Below the pieces are notes generated by a model. The model was not told where the DNA came from, searched no databases, and saw only the letters and a program-made list of their open reading frames with translations. Below are positions 54,945 through 64,000 of a stretch of DNA of 64,000 bases, in pieces. The first letter of the stretch is position 1. Each line of letters opens with the position of its first letter. The translations under genes and the position numbers were made by a program. The stretch comes from the human T2T-CHM13v2.0 reference genome, Homo sapiens. The DNA lies in the NCBI RefSeq assembly GCF_009914755.1, contig NC_060926.1. One strand, written 5' to 3'.

Positions 54945-55240
54945 GGCTGGGTGCAGTGGCTCATGCCTGTAATCTCAGCACTTTAGGAGGCTAAGGTGGG
55001 AGGATTGCTTGAGGCCAGGAGTTCAAGACCAACCTGGGCAATATGGCAAGATCATCTCTACAAAAAAATAAAAAAATTAGCCGGGACTTGTGGCGCACAT
55101 GTAGTTGTAGTTACTCTGGAAGAGTATATGGTAGGATCCTTTGAACCTAGGAGTTTGAGGCTGCACTGAGCTATGATTGCACCACTGCACTCTAGGCTAG
55201 GTGACAGAGTAAGACCCTGTTCCTAAATAAAGAAGCAAAA
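54945..55240 (+). mobile_element. Alu (AluJ-like)
   Basis: Diverged sense dimer. Confidence 0.87.
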
Positions 55241-55479
55241 AGATGTTTGTACTAGGGGGCTGTGGGGCAGGAGAAGGAGTCGGGGAGGTAGTGTATAGGA
55301 GCTCCCTGTACTTTCTGTTCACTTTTTCTATAAAACTAAAACTGCACTAAAAATAAAGTCTATTAATTAATTTTTTTAAAAAAGGACACAGGAGCCAGGT
55401 TGGAAGGACTCTATTGGCCAAAGTTGTGATGATTTGAGCATCTAAAAGATTATTATTCAGTCCCTGGGCAATCGTTCAT

Positions 55480-58350
<2,871 letters not shown>

Positions 58351-58514
58351 TTTTAAAATTTAAAATAGAATTTATGAAAGATTTCTGGCAACTGCTGGAT
58401 TGCATTCTTCTGTATGAATATTTATTCACCAGTGAGGATGAAAAAAATATTCTTACCTTTAGATTATTTTGTTTGATGTTGAAAATAGTTTAATAGCAAA
58501 ACAGTTGAGATGGT

Positions 58515-58822
58515 GTTTTTGTGTTTTTTTTTTTTTTTTTCTGGAGATGGAGTCTTGCTCTGTCACACAGGCTGGAGTGCAGTAAGGTGATCTCAGCTCA
58601 CTGCAATCTCTGCCCCCGGGTTCAAGCGATTCTCCTGCCTCAGCCTCCCTAGTAACTGGAATTACAGGGCCCGCCACCATGCCTGGCTAATTTCCATATT
58701 TAGTAGATACAGGGGTTTCACAATGTTGGCCAGGCTGGTCTTGATTTCCTGACCTCAAGTGATATGCCCGCCTGGGCCTCCCAAAGTGCTGGGATTACAG
58801 GAGTGAGTCACCGCACCCCGCC
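58515..58822 (-). mobile_element. AluS-type SINE
   Basis: Antisense dimer with an imperfect TSD (agatggtgtt / agatcgtgct). Confidence 0.9.
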
Positions 58823-59121
58823 AAGATCGTGCTATTTTTAATAGATCTTTCCATAGGAGAAAAAATGGTGTTAATTCTGTTTCTTTATTTGGATAGCCTA
58901 ATGTACCTTTCCTAATTCCTTTTCTCCGTGGCAGCTAAAATAGCATAATCTCTGAGAGGATACATCTAATTTAAATATCTCAGTGGTGTTGAAGTAAGCC
59001 TTGGTATAGATTTTATTTCATTTGATATAGTACCTTAGAATTTATTATGATGAAATTTATTCTGGAAGTAAAGTGAGAGTAACTATATATTTTAGTGTTT
59101 TATTACTATTTTTAAATGATT

Positions 59122-59537
59122 TACTAGTCTGTTTTCACATGACTATAACGAAACACCTGAGACTGGGTCATTTATAAAGAAACACCTGAGACTAGGTAAT
59201 TTATAAAGAAAAGAGGTTTAATTGACTCACGGTTCCTCAGGCTGTACAGGAAGCATGGCGGCTTCTGGGGAGGCCTCAGAAAAGTTTTACTCATGACAGA
59301 AGGCAAAGCAGGAGCAGGCGTCTTACATGGCAGGAGTAGGACTGAAAGAGAGCGGGGTGGTGCCACACACTTTAAACCAACCAGATCTTGTGAGAACTCA
59401 CTCACTATTGCGTCACAATACCAAGGGGGGGAAATCTGGCCCCATGGTCCAATCGCCTCCCACCAGGCCCCACCTTCAACACTGGGGACTACAATTCTTC
59501 AAGAGATTTGGGCGGCGATACAGAGCCAAACCACATC
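59122..59537 (-). mobile_element. MST-type MaLR solo LTR with a 29-bp internal tandem duplication (59144-59201)
   Basis: acctgagactgggt..tttataaagaaaagaggtttaattgactcac...cagagccaaaccacatc. Confidence 0.85.
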
Positions 59538-59973
59538 GTTAGACTTAGCTGATATTTTAGAAATGTGTAGTTTTACCAATTGTATGGAAATAATTCCAAA
59601 ATAATGTGATGAATTTTGTTTCTTTTTCTATAGTACACGTTCTCAGCGGCATTACAAAAATCTTCTTCAGAAATGACCTAGGTGCCATATACAAACTTTT
59701 AAAATCCTATTTGTCGATTTCATATAAGGCACAGTTCAGGGAAGCAGCCACCAAATTTTCGTATGGTGCTAGTTCATAACTAGATGTGGATAAAATATTA
59801 TCACAAAATATGAGCCAAAACTGTTCCTAAGGATCTCTACCAGAGATAGTTTAGATTTCATAGTGGCTGCCAATTTCTAATTGGGTGAGGGCACTGCCTT
59901 TAGGCAAAATTGCTAAGCAAGCAAAATATGTCTTTAGTGTTTCATTAGTCTTACCCCACCCATCCATCTTTAA

Positions 59974-60315
<342 letters not shown>

Positions 60316-60399
60316 GAGTTTCTGGCTTTTCCTTCCAGGCGTTTTTTTTTTTTGCAAGCTGGGCAAACATACATGCACACACACACATTCTTGCATCTC

Positions 60400-62040
60400 C
60401 TTTATCACAAAAAGGGTAGCATGTTTTCTGTCTTGCTTTTTTCATATAATATATCCTGGAGACCATCCCATGTTAGTATATAGAGGTCTTCCTCATTCTT
60501 TTCTGTGGCTGGGTGTTATCTATACATTTTGTGGAAGTATCGTAGTTGAGCTAACCTATCCCTTTTAAATGATATATTTGAATTATTTTCAATTGTTTGG
60601 TATGACAATGTTATGGTGAATAACCTTGTGCATATGGTGTCTTGTATTTCTTGAAGTGGTTCTTCAGGGAAGATTGTTAGAAGTAGGACTGCTGGGTCAA
60701 GGGTAAATATATCTGTACTTTTTTTTTTAATATTACCAACTTCTCAGTAGGAATCACACCATTTTTACTTCAGCCACAAATGTTTGAGAGTGCCTGTTTC
60801 CCTACAGCCTTGACAATGGAGTGTGTTATCAAACTTTTGGATTTTTGCCAATATGATTGGTTAAAAAAATGAATCTCAGTATAGTTTAATTTGCATTTCT
60901 CTTATGAGATAGGTAGAGTATATTTTAATTTGTTTAAGGGTCATTAGTGTTTCTTTTTTTTGGTAAACTGTTATTTTCCTATTATTCTGTTAGATTTTTG
61001 GTCATTTTCTTCTTAGGTTTTCAGATCTCTTTGTATATATCTGTGGCTACACATATAATATGGATGTATATATTTTTGTCATGCAAACTAATTTTGTATT
61101 TATAAAATCAAACATCATATTTATTTTATGCCTTCTGGATTTTAAGTCAGAGTTAGAAAGGCTTTCCCACTCCCAGGTTGAAAGGTATTCAGCCATTCTT
61201 TCTTTGAGTAGTTACATAGTTTCCTTTTTTATATTTAGACCTATGATACTTTTCGAGTTTGTTCTGTGTGTGGTATGATATATTGATCCAATTTTATCTT
61301 CTTTCAAATGGTTATCCAATTGTTCCAGCATCATTTCTTGAAAGTTCTTTTTCCCGATCATTTGGGATGCCATTTTTTTGAGATACTAAATTTTGATATC
61401 TATGTGGTTTTATTTCTAGACTTCATAATCTGTTCCATTGGTCTATTTATGTGTCAGTAGATTATTGTATAGAGACTTTGTAGCAGTTTAAAATCTGATA
61501 AGTCTAGCAACCCTCAATTTCATTACTATTCTTTTTTCTGTGGTTTTATGGCTAGTCTTGCTTATTTACTTTTACGTATAAGCTTTAGAATCAATGTACT
61601 GTATTGAGATCCAAGGACTTGGTATTTTTTGTCCTTGATGAGATTGTAAACTAAACTTTGGGAGATTTGATAATCTTAAGAACATTGCATACATTTTTGT
61701 TATTCTTATCTGTTTTTATGTGTTTAATGAGTTTTATAGCATTTTATATAAAAGTTTGAGTGTTTCTTTTCAGTTTAGGGGTCTTCTATTATCTTCTGAT
61801 TGTTTATGAGTTATACATGAAAGCTATTGATTTGTGGGTTAATTTCCTATCCTATTACCTTACTGAATTATCTTATTATTTGTAGTTTTACTGTTGATTT
61901 TATTGTGGTTTCCAGGAATATCATCATGTCAATCTACATAGTTTGCTTCTTCCTTTCTAATTTTTTACTTCTTTATTTTTAATTGAGTTGCTAAGATTTT
62001 CAATATAATTTATATAGCAGCAGAGTTTTATTTCCAACTT
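60400..62040 (-). mobile_element. Ancient L1 (L1ME-like) 3' region
   Basis: Degraded antisense L1 motifs (tttaatttgcatttctcttatga, ttgttccagcatcattt). Confidence 0.6.
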
Positions 62041-62402
62041 TAATTAGAATATATTCACCTTTTTTTTCCCAGCTTTCCCAGGGCTCCTTCTATGCGCCCC
62101 CCCAGGCCTGAACAGCCTCTTTGCTTAAACCAGATCTTTCTTCCCCATCTTCTTAGCCTTCATCTTAATTAAAGTATGCTTTCCTTTGGCATACTTGCTA
62201 AGAGCCCTATTTTTCCTTCTGATTTGCAATTTTGAAAATGAGGAAAATTCCTTTATGGTATTTAATTTTAGTCCTTTATCAGGCAGCTTAAACTCAATTC
62301 CTATTGTTATTTTCTGAGTAGAAGTGGACAAAAGAATAGTGTTTTTAAGTGTGAAAACTTTTCTCATGGTTAAAGATTACTGTTAAAGTATTACTCAGTT
62401 TC

Positions 62403-62522
62403 TGCCAGGCATGGTGGCTCATGCCTATAATCCCAGTACTTTGGGAGGCTGAGATGAGAGTATCACTTGAGGCCAGGAGTTTGAGACCTGCCTGGTCAAC
62501 ATAGCGAGACCCCATCTTTAAT
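62403..62522 (+). mobile_element. Alu left monomer/FLAM
   Basis: gccaggcatggtggctcatgcctataatcccag...catagcgagaccccatct. Confidence 0.85.
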
Positions 62523-64000
62523 AATAATTTTTTAAAAGTATCGCTTATTTTCTATGGGCAATTAAGATACAATTAATAAAGCAGAATTATTCTCTTTTAT
62601 GGCTTTTGGCTAAGTTTTTATCACTATCTTCTGTTTTTATCCAAGCAGTATGCTAGCTGGCTATTTGCCTTTAATCTCTGAAGTGGCCATACTATACCAA
62701 AGATGTGAACATCTTTAGGATGTAGAAGATTGAATAGGATGCAAAACTATTGAACAAATCTTACCAAGGTTGAAAAAAGTGAGAAGATGAGTCTTACTCT
62801 TGAGAAAGTCAGATAATTTAATATCAAAACTTAATTTTATCTTTTTAATGTTTAAACTCAAGCCTAATGTGAATAGCGTATCATCTTTACTCTACTAATA
62901 TTTTTAAATAAAAATATTTCTTACCTTGAAATTTCATCACAATACATTTTGCCAAATATGATCGACTCAAAATAACACTTTTGATATATGAAAAGAATAT
63001 GAAATATCAATTCCAGACAAGCCTATACCAGAGAAGGCAAATAGGTCTCATTTCATGCCAACTTCAATTGCTTGCTGCTAAGAAAATTATATTAAGAATG
63101 ATTCTAAGGCTGTCTCTAGGTTTAGAGGGAAGAGTGTTGTGATATCTGCCATGGGCAGGGCTGGAGAAGTAATGGCATAAATGTCTCTTTGAAATGTCTC
63201 ACCTATACTTCGGAACTCTAAATATATGAGATGGCATTTATGAGCTATACTTGTTATGTTTTAGGAATAACTTTTTTGTTTAAAAACAACCTTATAGTTG
63301 GTAACAAAGTTTCAGATATATTTTAATGTGTCTTAGTCTGAATTTTTAGTGTCCGTCTTTCTCTTTGGTTTAAATCTGAAAATCACTAAGTTATGGAACA
63401 CCTTGTAGATGTTCTAGTAAGTCATCTACATGGATGATAGTATAGTTGATCTCTGTAACATGGGAATGATGGCAACTTGTCATTCAAAATTTTTACAAAT
63501 TGGTGTTTATTACCTTGGTATCAATCCCTCAACTCTGCAGATTTTTTTTTTCCATTAAATTGAATCCATTTATCATGGGTGGACTCACACTAACCAAGGT
63601 CATAAAGTATATTTGTTAATTTCTACCGAGAACTTTAACTGGAATAGTGACAGAAAACTGTAGTTAGCCTGATTAGCTCATGATACTTGTAGTCTTTACT
63701 TGGGAAGCCAAATCTTAATCAAAATATGAAATTATTAACTTATAATAAGAAATATAGCTATCATTAGAACTGGAACAATCAAATCTACGTGACTGGTCCA
63801 TGACTTTACACACCTACATGGAAATTAAAGTCATAATGTTCTTTGTTAAGCATTAATTAGAACAAGGGGAATTAGATTAATTGAATCCAAGAATGTTTTT
63901 TTCAGTGGGTTTGGTTTTGGCCCAAACAGATTCTCCTGTGTACAAGTGCTTGGATGAGCATTGCCAAAATACTGCTTTCTAAGCCTTGTTTTTCCATTTG

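Noticed and set aside
59608-59890. Possible plus-strand exon after tttctttttctatag (59633)
   Set aside because: Acceptor-like motif only, with no convincing ORF or strong nearby donor.
62050-62130. Acceptor-like ttttttttcccag followed by a short GC-richer patch
   Set aside because: No paired donor or coding signal; cannot be supported from sequence alone.

Overview
Primate, most likely human, non-genic DNA, mostly Alu, L1, L2, LTR and DNA-transposon sequence. No intact protein-coding gene is visible. The main feature is a full-length, intronless, minus-strand retrocopy of AHCTF1/ELYS mRNA (11703-20452). It has a CpG-rich 5' leader, a CDS broken by four small deletions, a ~1.7 kb 3'UTR, a poly(A) tail and an 11-bp TSD. 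It is probably AHCTF1P1, which I recall lying near TBR1/SLC4A10 on 2q24 (not verifiable here). The copied 3'UTR hides an AG/GT-flanked 80-nt exon encoding a kinesin motor N-terminus (KIF28-like). The most unusual structure is a pair of L1s retrotransposed from spliced RNA (SpIRE-type; 38803-42024 minus and 48791-54271 plus). They use the same 5'UTR donor and different acceptors, sit as an inverted repeat 6.8 kb apart, and share three non-consensus variants, which suggests gene conversion. Also present: an orphan 555-bp polyadenylated retroposed fragment carrying a MIR, an internally deleted nested L1 with a possible short 3' transduction, and a twin-primed L1 stub. Repeat subfamily names and parent-gene comparisons come from remembered consensus sequences, not a search. 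I found no evidence of a new gene system.
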